In this document: piece by piece, positions 24,885 through 38,220 of the stretch | Layout of the letters: each line of letters begins with the position of its first letter | Position numbering within the stretch: the first letter of the stretch is position 1 | From: Mobula hypostoma | Lineage: Eukaryota | Assembly: GCF_963921235.1 (NCBI RefSeq) | Contig: NC_086097.1 | Span: 125,366,001-125,430,000 of the forward strand | Length of the DNA: 64,000 bases | Reading direction: 5' to 3' | Made by a program: the position numbers and the translations under genes | The notes under the pieces: model-generated | Told to the model about the DNA's origin: nothing | Seen by the model: only the letters and a program-made list of their open reading frames with translations | Database searches by the model: none

Positions 24885-26870
24885 ATAAGAGAAAGGAGCA
24901 GAATTAGGCCATTCAGCTCATCGAGTCTGCTCCACCATGGCTGATGTATCATCCCTCTCAACCACATTCTCCTGCCTTATCCCTGCAACCTTCGACCCTG
25001 ACTAATCAAGAACCTAACAGCTTTAAAAGTGCCTAATAATGTAGCCTCCACAGCCATACATGGCAACGAATTCCACAGACTCATCCCCTCTGGATAAAGA
25101 AATTCATCCTCATCTCGGTTCTAAATGGACGTCCCTCTATTCTGAAGCTGTGGCCTCTGGACCTCGACTCACTCACTATAGAAAAAATCCTCTCCACATA
25201 CACTCTATCTAAGCCTTTCACTATTCAGTAGGTTTCAATGAGATGCTCCCTCATTTTTCTAAACTCCAGCGAGTACGGGCACAAAGCCATCAAATGCTAA
25301 CCCTTTCGCTCCCAAAATCGTCCTTGTGAACCTTCTCTAGACACTCTCCAATGCCAGCACATCTTTTAGATAAGGGGCCCAAAATTGCTCACGATATTCC
25401 AAGTACAGTCTGACCAATGCCTTATAAAGCCCAGCATCATATCCTTGCTCTTATATTCTAGTCTCCTAAAAACGAATGCTAACATTGCATTGGCCTTCCT
25501 CCCACCAACTCAATCTGCAATTTAACCTTTATGGAATCCTGCATAAAGACTCCCAAAACCCTTTGCACCTCTGATTTTTGATTTTTCTCCCTGTTTTGAA
25601 AATAGTTTACACCTTTATTCCTTCTACCAAAGTGAATGACCATACACTTCCCTACACTACATTGCATCTGCCAGTTCTTTGCCCTTTCTCCCAAACCGTC
25701 TAGTTCCTTCTATAGATTCCCTGCTTCCTCAATATAACCTACCCCTCCACTTATCTTTGTAGCGTCTGCGAACTTGGCCAGAAAGCCATCAAATCAGCCA
25801 TCCAAATCATTGACGTATAATGTGAAAAGAAGCGGCCCCAATTCCACCCCTGCAGAAAATCACTATGTCATTGATAGCCAACCAAAATAGGCCCCCTTTA
25901 TTCCCACTTTTTGTCTCCTGCCAGTCAGCCTATCTTCTACCCATGTTATTCCAGCATTCTAATATCCACTCTTTTACTCTTAATACTGTATATATAAAAA
26001 ACTGTTTGGTATTTTCCTTTATATTATTAGTTAGCTTACCTTCATACTTCATCTTTTCTCTTCTTATGGCTTTTTTAGTTGCCTTTTATTGGTCTTTTAA
26101 AAACTTCCCAATCCTCTAACTTTCCACTAATTTTTGCTGTATTATATGAACTCTCTTTTGTTCTAATGCTGTCTTTGACTTTCCTTGTCAACCACAGTTG
26201 CCTCATCCTCCCTTTAGAAAACTTCTTCATCTTTGGTTTGGGATATACCATCTTCTGAATTAGCCCCAGAAACTCCAGCCAGTTCTTCTCTCATGCCCCT
26301 GTAGTTCCCTTTACTCCACTGCAATTCTGAAACATCTGACTTTATTCTTCAGCCTCTCAAACTGTAGGGTGAATTTTATTATATGATGATCACTGTCTCC
26401 TAAGGGTTTCTTTACCTTAAGCTCCTTACTCAAATCTGGTTCATTACACAACTCCCAATCCAAAGTTGCCTCTGCCCTAGTGGGCTCAACCACAAGTTGC
26501 TCTAGAAAGACATCTTGAAGGTATTCTACAAACTCTCTCCCTTGGGATACAGCACCTGCCTGGTTTTCCCAATCTACCTGCGTATTAATATCCTCCATCA
26601 TTATCGTTACACTGTCCTTATTTCATGCCTTTTCTATTCCCATTATAATTTGTAGCCCACATCCTGGCTACTGTTCGGAGGTCTTAATACAACTCCCATC
26701 AGGGTCACTTTATCCTTGCAGTTTCTTAACTCTAAACACAAGAATTCTACTTCTTCTGATCCTATGTACCTCTTTCTAAGGATTTGATTTCATTTTTTAC
26801 CAACAAAGCTACCACACCTCATCTGGCTACCTGCCTGTCCTTTCAATACAAGGGGTATCCTTGGATGTTA
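24885..26870 (-). mobile_element. Old degenerate CR1-clade LINE
   Basis: Fragments WQMQCSVGKCMVIHFGRRN and FLEQLVVEPTRAEATLDW...LGDSDH. Confidence 0.8.
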
Positions 26871-27149
26871 ACTATGATATTCTTTCAGTCATGAAGCAGT
26901 GATGCTCTCTACGTTATAATGGACACAATGTCTTGTCCATTCTGGGGCAGCTCACTCACCTTTGGTCTCCACCAGGCACTCAGTGCTCACCTCTGGTAGC
27001 TATTTGCATGAAGCAACGGCAAATCCCGATACACCACTTCGACAAGCAGGCTAAACAGGTGAGGGTAGCCGCTGGACCTCATATCCCAGTGAGATAGGGA
27101 CATGCCTGTCCTAGCATGCAAAGTCAGCACCAGTGGTCTGGGCAGATAA

Positions 27150-28090
27150 TAGAACGTAGAACATAGAATAGTACAGCACATTACAGGCCCTTCGGCCCAC
27201 AATGTTGTGCTGACCCTCAAACCCTGCCTCCCATATAACCCCCCACCTTAAATTCCTCCATATACCTGTCTAGTAGTCTCTTAAACTTCACTAGTGTATC
27301 TGCCTCCACCACTGACTCAGGCAGTGCATTCCATGCACCAACCACTCTCTGAGTAAAAAACCTTCCTCTAATATCCCCCTTGAACTTCCCACCCCTTACC
27401 TTAAAGCCATGTCCTCTTGTATTGAGCAGTGGTGCCCTGGGGAAGAGGCGCTGGCTATCCACTCTATCTATTCCTCTTATTATCTTGTACACCTTTATCA
27501 TGTCTCCTCTCATCCTCCTTCTCTCCAAAGAGTAAAAAGCCCTAGCTCCCTTAATCTCTGATCATAATGCATACTCTCTAAACCAGGCAGCATCCTGGTA
27601 AATCTCCTCTGTACCCTTTCCAATGCTTCCACATCCTTCCTATAGTGAGGTGACCAGAACTGGACACAGTACTCCAAGTGTGGCCTAACCAGAGTTTTAT
27701 AGAGCTGCATCATTACATCGCGACTCTTAAACTCTATCCCTCAACTTATAAAAGCTAACACCCCATAAACTTTCTTAACTACCCTATCTACCTGTGATGC
27801 AACTTTCAGGGATCTGTGGACATGTACCCCGAGATCCCTCTGCTCCTTCACACTACCAAGTACCCTGCCATGTACTTTGTACTCTGCCTTGGAGTTTGTC
27901 CTTCCAAAGTGTACCACCTCACACTTCTTCGGGTTGAACTCCATCTGCCACTTCTCAGCCCACTTCTGCATCCTATCAATGTCTCTCTGCAATCTTCGAC
28001 AATCCTCTACACTATCTACAACACCACCAACCTTTGTGTCGTCTGCAAGCTTGCCAACCCACCCTTCTACCCCCACATCCAGGTCGTTAA
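27150..28090 (-). mobile_element. CR1-clade LINE (family C), 5'-truncated
   Basis: INDLDVGVEGWVGKLADDTKVGG, RPHLEYCVQFWSP, FFTQRVVGAWNALP; (TTCTATG)-like tail. Confidence 0.9.
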
Positions 28091-30029
28091 TAAGATCAAC
28101 AGTGAGATCCAACAGCTACAGAGGTGGTTCTGCAATGCTTCACGGGGAGTGAAGGGCATGGTAAGGCAGAGAAGGAATCATGGTCATCCACTGTAACCCA
28201 GTTGTGATGACTATTTGTACCACTGGACCCTGACTTTCGAGGTCAAGAGAACTGCCACAGTGCAGAAGCTTTTCCATTTTCGTAACTGTCCCACACAGGT
28301 TTTCAAACTTCCATTGTTTGATACAACGGATAACCAACCATCCAGGTTCAAATGATAAACCTGAAATTAGGTTTGATGACTTCCAGTCAAGATGCCACCT
28401 ACGAACATCAATTCCTTGGGCGACATCTTCCAGATGGTCAATCTCTTCAATTATTTCACTTTCTCTACGTCCTCTACTTGTCCTTTTTATCTTGATTGTG
28501 TTTTGGAAACTGTTGGAGCCTGTGACAGGCCATTTGGAATTCGATCGAATGATCTAGCATTCTGCTGTCCCTGGAGAGGACCAAGAGCACGAGCTGCCTC
28601 ATGGAGAAGACAAGAGACGAGGCACAGGGCCAATTCAAAACATTAAGGAAGATCGAAGCATCGAGGCAAATGCAGAGGAGGCCATGGGATTGATGGCAGT
28701 TGGTAGCTGGGTTGGCGTCGTTTGGACCTGGCATAGCGATCACTCTTCATGGAAGGACTGAGTTTGTGCAGCCGCTCTCCTCGATGCTGAGCTAAGGACG
28801 TTTTTGAAATTCCGAGATTATTGATTATTGGACTGTTGTTCATATTGGTCCCCTTCAGTTTTTTGTGTTTTCTTTCTTGTTGCCAATTGGCCAGTGGGCG
28901 GTACGTTACCTTCTGTACGAGGGAGGGGTTTGATGTTCTTGTTGGTGTTTTTCTGTATGGGTGATCTGTTAGCTTTTGTGTGTGAGAGAGGGGGTTGGGG
29001 TTTGATGCTGCTGTCGCTGTTTTTTTTTGCGAGGGAGGGGGTTGGAGTTTGGGGTTTGGTGTTGTAGCTGCCATTTCCGTGTGGGTGATCTGTTGGCTAT
29101 TGTGTGAGGGAGGGGTGGGGTGGTTGGGGTTAGCAAGCTTTGTTTCTTTTTCTTTTCCCTGAGGGGGGATATTGATGTCTTTTTTTCTTTCAACAACCCC
29201 CATACACCCATGGTTTTTCTGTTTTTCATTGCTTCCTGGAGAACAGGAATATCAGAGTTGTATTGCAGATAAATACTTTACCAATAAAATGAACCTTCGA
29301 ATTTCAGATTTTTCTTGTAAATACATGCTGGCATTTTTGTATTTATGCATATTTTCTTCCATATCTGTACATAAACCTCCATCTGCCTTTATTTTTAAAA
29401 TAATTCTTTATTCCTCATGATTGTTGAATGTTGTTTTCTGTTGGATGTCATGCCAACACACCACAGCAAATACCTAATACGATTAAATGTGTATGACAAA
29501 TAAAGTTAATCCTAATATCATTAAGCTACTTACACTTGATGATTCATAGCACAAAATGGATTCTGGGTATATTTAATCATCTTAACATTGAAATTCTGTG
29601 TATATGTGTTAATGAATTAATTGCAGTCATTGATGTAAGGAGATTGGAGGTTGCCAGTAAACAAGTAGATTTAGTCAAGGTCAGCATCATAATTCCACTG
29701 GGTTGCTCATAGCACAGCAAATAAATGAGTACCATTTAATTTAACTAAGGAAATAAAACATTTCCCCCTACACCACCATGAAGTTTTCCTCTTCAATCAA
29801 CACTTTGCCATTTTTAAAGGAAAATCTGAAATTAATTATGCATTGTTACTTTCCTCATCAACTAGGCAAAACTGTCAAGTGAAGATGGTAAAACTTTGAC
29901 CATATTCACTTTAATCACTAAAGCAATCTCTTCAAATTGTTTATAGGCAGCGATTTTCATATAAACATTTCTATGTGTTTTCCTTTGAAGGCATTACAAA
30001 TTGAAAGAAAAGACAAGGTACGACTGTAA

Positions 30030-30630
30030 ACATGAGAAAGTCTGCAGAAGCTGGAAATCTAAAGCAACACACACAAAGTGCTGGAGGAATTCAGCAGGTC
30101 AGGCAACACCTATGGAAATGAATAAACAGTCGATGCTTCAGACCGAGACACTTCTTCAGAACTGAGAAGGAATGGGGAAGATGCCAGAATAAAAAGGTGG
30201 GGAGAAAGGATGAAGGATAGCTGGAAGGTGATAGGTGAAGCCAGGTGGGTTGGAAAGATAAAGGGCTGGAGAGGAAGGAATCTGATAGGGGCGGAGAGTG
30301 GACCATAGGAAAAAGAGAATGAGGAGGGGATCCAGGGGGAAGTGATCGGCAGGTGAGGTAAGGAGCCTAAAGTAGGGAATAGAGGAAAAGGGGAGGGAGG
30401 AAGGATTTTTATCTTCCAGAAGAAGAAATCAATATTCATGCCATCAGGTGAAGGCTACCCAGCCAGAATATAAGGTGTTGTTCCTCCACCCTCAGGGTGT
30501 CACAACTTAGCACAAGAGCAGACCATGGACTGACATATCGGAAGGGGAATGGGAATTGAAATGTTTGGCCACCGTGAAGTTCCGCTTTTGGCAGATAGTG
30601 CGGAGACACTCAACAAAGCAGTCCCCCAAT
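30030..30630 (-). mobile_element. Penelope-like element 3' fragment
   Basis: EEQHLIFWLGS / PDGMNIDF C-terminus, pyrimidine-rich UTR, degenerate hammerhead and terminal repeat. Confidence 0.75.
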
Positions 30631-31088
30631 TTATGATGGACACAATATCCACTGGTTAACAAGACATCAACAGTACCTGTTTAAAAGATTAGCTTAATAT
30701 TCTGTATAATATCTCTAGGGACATCTACTTTCAAATGCCTGTTGCCCTAGCAACCAATATCCCATCCCTTGTCTATTTATAGAGTAGTATACTATTCCAT
30801 CCATCATCTATATCATGGCAATGGCACTGGGGAATTCTCTATCATACTGGCTTCACCAATGGACAAAGGGCAGCACGTAAACTAATATTTAATTCATCCA
30901 AGCACAGAGAAACAGACTATCATCCTTGGACTCTACTATCTGTCTGTCAATGTGCTCATGTGCAGATTTTAAGTTCCAGGCCCTCACGAATTTGGTTGGT
31001 AACTTCGGACCTGGGAAGGGGAGAGGAAATAGTTATCATGAATGGGAGTAACTTTTTTTTGCAAGGATACAGGAGTTAAGGGTGGCCT

Positions 31089-31916
31089 AATTTAATGTGG
31101 ATAAATGTGAAGTTATCCACTTTGGTGGCAAAAATAGGAAAACAGATTATTATCTGAATGGTGGCCGATTAGGAAAAGGGGAGGTGCAACGAGACCTGGG
31201 TGTCATTATACACCAGTCATTGAAAGTGGGCATGCAGGTACAGCAGGCGGTGAAAAAGGTGAATGGTATGCTGGCATTTATAGCGAGAGGATTCGAGTAC
31301 AGGAGCAGGGAGGTACTACTGCAGTTGTACAAGGCCTTGGTGAGACCACACCTGGAGTATTGTGTGCAGTTTTGGTCCCCTAATCTGAGGAAAGACATCT
31401 TTGCCATAGAGGGAGTACAAAGAAGGTTCACCAGATTGATTCCTGGGATGGCAGGACTTTCATATGAAGAAAGACTGGATGAATTGGGCTTGTACTCATT
31501 GGAATTTAGAAGATTGAAGGGGGGATCTGATTGAAACATATAAGATACTAAAGGGATTGGACAGGTTAGATGCAGGAAGATTGTTCCCGATGTGGGGAAG
31601 TCCAGAACGAGGGGTCACAGTTTGAGGATAGAGGGGAAGCCTTTTAGGACCGAGATTAGGAAAAATTTCTTCACACAGAGAGTGGTGAATCTGTGGAATT
31701 CTCTGCCACAGGAAACTGTTGAGGCCAGTTCATTGGCTATATTTAAGAGGGAGTTAGATATGGCCCTTGTGGCTACGGGGGTCAGGGGGTATGGAGGGAA
31801 GGCTGGGGCGGGGTTCTGAGTTGGATGATCAGCCATGATCATAATAAATGGCAGTGCAGGCTCAAAGGGCCGAATGGCCTACTCCTGCACCTATTTTCTA
31901 TGTTTCTACGTTTCTA
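31089..31916 (+). mobile_element. CR1-clade LINE (family A), 5'-truncated
   Basis: Nearly identical to 34007-34834; tail TTCTATGTTTCTACGTTTCTA. Confidence 0.93.
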
Positions 31917-32084
31917 ATGATAGCGGTTTGGGAAAGATAAACTTGCCAGGTTAAGAAATCCATTTACAATATCTGTGTCAGAATCAAGTTTATAATCACT
32001 GACATATGTTGTGAAATATGTTATTCTGCAGCAGCATTAAGGTGCAACACATGAAATAAGCTATAAATTACAATAAGAAATCTA

Positions 32085-32561
32085 CACTCAGTAGCCTCTT
32101 TAATAGGTACACCTGTACACCTCGAAAATGCAAACATCTAATCAGCCAATCATGTAGCAGCAACAATACATAAAAGTATGCAGACATGGTCAAGAGGTTC
32201 AGTTGTTGTTCAGACCAAACATCAGAATGGGGAAGAAATGTGATCTAAGTGACTTTGACTGTGGAATGATTGTTGGTGCCAGATGACGTAGTTTGAGTAT
32301 CCTAGAAGTTGCTGATCACCTGAGATTTTCACAAACAACAGTATTTAGAGAGAGAAAAACAAAAAAAATCCAGTGAGCTGCAGTTCTGTGGGCATAAACA
32401 CCCTGTTGATGAGAGAGGTTAGCGGAGAATGGTCAGACTGCTTCAAGCTGCCAGGAAGGGAACAGTAACTCAAATAACCACGTGTTATAACAGCGGTGTG
32501 TAGAAGAGCATCTCAGAAGACATAACACATCAAAGAACCTGATAAAGTGGCCCACTGAGTC
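32085..32561 (+). mobile_element. Non-autonomous Tc1-like element
   Basis: TA|CACTCAGTAGCCTCTTTAATAGG ... CCTGATAAAGTGGCCCACTGAGT imperfect TIRs. Confidence 0.75.
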
Positions 32562-32915
32562 CATATTAAAAAAAAACTAAGTTAGGAATGCAAAAAACGG
32601 AACAAAATTAGTAAGGTAGTCTTCACAGGACCGTTCAGAGATCTGTTGGCAGAGGGGAAGAAGCTGTTCCTGAAACATTGAGTGTATGTCTTCGGGCTCC
32701 TGTACGTCCTACCCTGATGGTAGCATTGAGAATGAACTCTGGTAACTGAGGATATGGACTCCGTGGGCCACTTTATTAGGTTTTTCTCTACAGCGTGAAA
32801 AACAGCAAGGAAACAGATGCATCCCAAGCAGTGGCTTCTTTGGGACAGAGTTGTTTATCTGAATCTCTACTTTGTGACAGCCAGTAAAGAGAGACTAAAT
32901 GTACTGCTGGTCCTG

Positions 32916-34834
32916 TAATTAGGAAGGGGAAAAAAGATTATGAGAGAAAACTGGCAGGGAACATAAAAACTGACTGTAAAAGCTTTTATAGATATGTAAA
33001 AAGGAAAAGACTGGCAAAGACAAATGTAGGTCCCCTACAGACAGAAACAGGTGAATTGATTATGGGGAGCAAGGACATGGCAGACCAATTGAATAATTAC
33101 TTTGGTTCTGTCTTCACTAAGGAGGACATAAATAATCTTCCAGAAATCGTAGGGGACAGAGGGTCCAGTGAGATGGAGGAACTGAGCGAAATACATGTTA
33201 GTAGGGAAGTGGTGTTAGGTAAATTGAAGGGATTAAAGGCAGATAAATCCCCAGGGCCAGATGGTCTGCATCCCAGAGTGCTTAAGGAAGTAGCCCAAGA
33301 AATAGTGGATGCTTTAGTGATAATTTTTCAAAACTCGTCAGATTCTGGACTAGTTCCTGAGGATTGGAGGGTGGCTAATATAACCCCACTTTTTAAAAAA
33401 GGAGGGAGAGAGAAACCGGGGAATTATAGACCGGTTAGCCTAACGTCGGTGGTGGGGAAACTGCTGGAGTCAGTTATCAAAGATGTGATAACAGCACATT
33501 TGGAAAGCAGTGAAATGATCGGACAAAGTCAGCATGGATTTGTGAAAGGAAAATCATGTCTGACGAATCTCATAGAATTTTTTGAGGATGTAACTAGTAG
33601 AGTGGATAGGGGAGAACCAGTGGATGTGGTATATTTGGATTTTCAAAAGGCTTTTGACAAGGTCCCACACAGGAGATTAGTGTGCAAACTTAAAACACAC
33701 AGTATTGGGGGTAAGGTATTGATGTGGATAGAGAATTGGTTAGCAGACAGGAAGCAAAGACTGGGAATAAACGGGACCTTTTCAGAATGGCAGGCAGTGA
33801 CTAGTGGGGTACGGCAAGGCTCAGTGCTGGGACCCCAGTTGTTTACAATATATATTAATGACTTGGATGAGGGAATTAAATGCAGCATCTCCAAGTTTGC
33901 GGATGACACGAAGCTGGGCGGCAGTGTTAACTGCGAGGAGGATGCTAAGAGGATGCAGGGTGACTTGGATAGGTTGGGTGAGTGGGCAAATTCATGGCAG
34001 ATGCAATTTAATGTGGATAAATGTGAAGTTATCCACTTTGGTGGCAAAAATAGGAAAACAGATTATTATCTGAATGGTGGCCGATTAGGAAAAGGGGAGG
34101 TGCAACGAGACCTGGGTGTCATTATACACCGGTCATTGAAAGTGGGTATGCAGGTACAGCAGGCGGTGAAAAAGGCGAATGGTATGCTGGCATTTATAGC
34201 GAGAGGATTTGAGTACAGGAGCAGGGAGGTACTACCGCAGTTGTACAAGGCCTTGGTGAGACCACACCTGGAGTATTGTGTGCAGTTTTGGTCCCCTAAT
34301 CTGAGGAAAGACATCCTTGCCATAGAGGGAGTACAAAGAAGGTTCACCAGATTGATTCCTGGGATGGCAGGACTTTCATATGAAGAAAGAGTGGATGAAC
34401 TAGGCTTGTACTCGTTGGAATTTAGAAGATTGAGGGGGGATCTGATTGAAACGTATAAAATCCTAAAGGGATTGGACAGGCTAGATGCAGGAAGATTGTT
34501 CCCGATGTTGGGGAAGTCCAGAACGAGGGGTCACAGTTTGAGGATAAAGGGGAAGCCTTTTAGGACTGAGATTAGGAAAAACTTCTTCACACAGAGAGTG
34601 GTGAATCTGTGGAATTCTCTGCCACAGGAAACAGTTGAGGCCGGTTCATTGGCTATATTTAAGAGGGAGTTAGATATGGCCCTTGTGGCTACAGGGATCA
34701 GGGGGTATGGAGGGAAGGCTGGTGCAGGATTCTGAGTTGGATGATCAGCCATGATCATAATAAATGGTGGTGCAGGCTCGAAGGGCCGAATGGCCTACTC
34801 CTGCACCTATTTTCTATGTTTCTATGTTTCTATG
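32916..34834 (+). mobile_element. CR1-clade LINE (family A), 5'-truncated, open RT frame (ORF 33056-34735)
   Basis: 559-aa ORF with QHGF, YLDFQKAFD, FADDTK; (TTCTATGT)n tail. Confidence 0.95.
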
Positions 34835-35062
34835 AAATGTGAATCGGTGGCAGTGACAATATGATAAATATGATAACCAATGATAAATATTTTTCGATAT
34901 AATACATCAGAAAACGAAGTAGAAATATCAGACCATCCTAAATCCTATACTTTCACATTTTGCTCAGTCTTTGCCCTGAATAGGATTTGTTTGGACAGAC
35001 AGCCGGTAAGAATGTGGCAATACACACAAAGTGCTGGAGAAAATCAGCAGGTCAGGCATGAA

Positions 35063-35100
35063 TAGTCGACATTTCGGGTCGAGACCCTTCTTCAGGACTA
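35063..35100 (-). ncRNA. Minimal type I hammerhead ribozyme motif in a Penelope-derived short element
   Basis: TAGTC-CTGAAGA-A-GGGTCTCGACCC-GAAA-TGTC-GACTA: stem I TAGTC/GACTA, stem II GGG/CCC, conserved core. Confidence 0.6.
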
Positions 35101-36958
35101 TGTGTGTCTGTGTTGCTTTGGATATCCAGCGTCGGCAGACTTTCTTGTGTTTATAGTAAGAACGTAGATTCTTTTCAAATATACAAAGCACTTCAGAACA
35201 GTATGCTGGTGAAATTTCTGCCTTGCTGTTATCGTCTCTTGGAAAACTAAGAAATCAAGTGATAGTTTTAACTACCTTCACACAATTTATCCAAGACATT
35301 TATTACTTTATCTGAAGTACCCTTGGTAAAGGTTTGGCCATGATATTAAATAGACTTTTACTTGTAAAAAGATAGGCTTGGCGTATTGCAAGACTCAAAT
35401 TAAATGAGGAAAATAGATTATTTGCACAACTCTGTATCATTCATTAGAATCAGAAAAGGGGGCCTTTTCAATTAATTAAGTATTAAGCTAAAACTTGCTG
35501 CTAACCGAAGAGTTAACAAGAGATGAACTTTGTCACATGTGCATCGAAACATACAGTGAAATGCATAACTTGCATCAAATCAAATCAGTGAGGATTGTGG
35601 TGGGCAGCCCCCCCACGGTGTCGCCACGCTGCCAGCACCACAACTCACTGTATGCCTTTGGAATGTGGGAGGAAACTGGAGCACCCAGAGGAAACCCACA
35701 CAGTCACAGGGGGAACATACAAACTCCTTACAGACACCAATGGAAAATGAACCCTGATCTCACAGCCGGCACTGTAAAGTGCTCTGATAACTGCCAAGTG
35801 CTGTATGTGGACACAAACTTAAATGATCTTTTCTTCACAGCTTGGGTTTGGAGAAAAGGACATCAAAACAGCAGTGAGTTGGAATACCAGTTTGGAATGT
35901 TGGAACGCCAGGACTTGTAGTTCACACAAACGGCTTGGGCTGGGGGCGTTTGGGAAAGCCAGGACACAGAAAGGCAAATGGGAAGAAAAAAATAATCATT
36001 ATTTATCCCAGTTAAACTGTATCAGAAAAATATAAATGAAAACACTAAGTATTGATCCTTTGTTGCTCAGCTGGGGGAATAGAATTTTAAAAAGCAGCAC
36101 TATCTTGAGTATTTTACACAGTGAACATGATCAAATAACATCTGAGTTTATCACTGACAAAGCTTTAATGAACAACTGGATATTGCTTTGTTATTGTCAC
36201 GTGTACCAAGATACAGTGAAAATCTTGTCATGCAAACTGTATATACAGGTCAAATCATTACAGCATTCAGCTAGAATAAGGTAAAACAATAATAATACAG
36301 AATAAAGTGTAAAGCTACTGAAAAAGTGCAGTGCAGATAAATAATAAAGCGCAAGATCATGAGTTAGATTGTGAAGCCAAGAGTCCATCTTATTGTACAA
36401 GAGGCATGTTGAAGAGTCTGATAGCTGTGGGAGCGTAGCTGTCCTTTAGCCCGATGATATGTGCTTTCAGGCTTTTGTATCTTCTGCCTGATGGGAGAAG
36501 AGAGAAAAAGCATGTCCTAGGGAGTGGAGTCTTTGATTATGCTGGATGTTTTAAGATTCAAAGATTCAAAGTACATTTATTATCAAAGTATGTATGGAGT
36601 GTACAGCTCCAAGATTTGTCTTCCCACAGACAGCCATGAAAGAAAAAAAACATGAAACCTACTCAAAGAAAAATATCAAACCCCCAATGCGCAAAAAAAG
36701 AGCAAATTATGCAAACGGGAAAAAGACGAGTGAGAAACACAGAATATAAAACTCCAAACCACAGTTATCAAAAGAGGCAGCGAGAAATCTAGGGAGAGTT
36801 CACAGAGGGGAGGCCGATTACTGTGATGTACTCAGCTGTGTCCACAATGTTTCGTAAGATCTTGCGGTCATGAGTAAAGCAGCTGCCATCCCAGACTGTT
36901 ATACATCCAGACAAATACTTTCTATGGTGCATCAATAAAAAGTGGTAATAGTCAACTG

Positions 36959-38220
36959 AGCAAACAAGAGGAATTCTGCAGATAATGGAAATTCAAGCAA
37001 CACACATCAAAGTTGCTGGTGAACGCAGCAGGCCAGGCAGCATCGCTAGTAAGAGGTACAGTCGACGTTTCAGGCTGAGACCCTTCGTCAGGACTAACTG
37101 AAGGAAGAGTTAGTAAGAGATTTGAAAGTGGGAGGGGGAGGGGGAGATCCAAAATGATAGGAGAAGACAGGAGGGGGAGGGATGGAGCCAAGAGCTGGAC
37201 AGGTGATAGGCAAAGGGGATATGAGAGGATCATGGGACAGGAGGCCCAGGGAGAAGGAAAAGGGGCAGGGGGGAAAAACCCAGAGGATGGGCAAGGGGTA
37301 TGGTTAGAGGGACAGAGGGAGAAAAAGGAGAGTGAGAGAAAGAATGTGTGTATAAAAATAAATAACAGATGGGGTACAAGGGGGAGGTGGGGCATTAGCG
37401 GAAGTTAGAGAAGTCGATGTTCATGCCATCAGGTTGGAGGCTACCCAGACGGAATATAAGGTGTTGTTCCTCCAACTTGAGTGTGGCTTCAACTTTACAG
37501 TAGAGGAGGCTGTGGATAGACATGTCAGAATGGGAATGGGATGTGGAATTAAAATGTGTGGCCACTGGGAGATCCTGCTTTCTCTGGTGGACAGAGCGTA
37601 GGTGTTCAGCAAAGCGGTCTCCCAGTCTGCGTCGGGTCTCGCCAATATATAGAAGGCCACATCGGGAGCACCGGACGTAGTATATCACCTCAGCCGACTC
37701 ACAGGTGAAGTGTCGCCTCACCTAGAAGGACTGTTTGGGGCCCTGAATGGTGGTAAGGGAGGAAGTGTAAGGGCATGTGTAGCACTTGTTCCGCTTACAA
37801 GGATAAGTGCCAGGAGGGAGATCAGTGGGGAGGGATGGGGGGGACAAGTGAACAAGGGAGTTGTGTAGGGAGCGATCCCTGCGGAAAGCAAAGGGGGGGG
37901 GGGAGGGAAGGATGTGCTTAGTGGTGGGATCCCGTTGGAGGTGGCGGAAGTTACGGAGAATAATATGTTGGACCCGGAGGCTGGTGGAGTGGTAGGTGAG
38001 GACCAGGGGAACCCTATTCCTAGTGGGGTGGCGGGAGGATGGAGTGAGAGCAGATGTGAAATGGGGGCAATGCATTTGAGAGCAGAGTTGATAGTGGAGG
38101 AAGGGAAGCCCCTTTCTTTAAAAAAGGAGGACATCTCCCTCGTCCTGGAATGAAAAGTCTCATCCTGAGAGCAGATGCGGCGGAGACGGAGGAATTGCGA
38201 GAAGGGGATGGCATTTTTGC
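36959..38220 (-). mobile_element. Penelope-like retroelement, 5'-truncated: RT C-terminus, GIY-YIG endonuclease and 3' terminal repeat
   Basis: IPFSQFLRLRRICS; linker CKRNKCYTC; FTCESAEVIYYVRCSRCGLLYIGETRRRLGDRFAEH...EEQHLIFRLGSLQPDGMN. Flanked by 12-bp direct repeat AATAGTCAACTG (36947-36958 and 38221-38232). Confidence 0.92.
37060..37095 (-). ncRNA. Minimal type I hammerhead ribozyme motif in the Penelope-like terminal repeat
   Basis: AGTC-CTGACGA-AGGGTCTCAGCCT-GAAA-CGTC-GACT: intact CUGANGA/GAAA core, GUC cleavage triplet, palindromic ACGT in place of stem III. Confidence 0.72.

Noticed and set aside
28643..29229. 186-aa Pro/Thr/Lys-rich ORF
   Set aside because: It is the antisense reading of a GT-rich low-complexity retroelement UTR, with no domain motifs.
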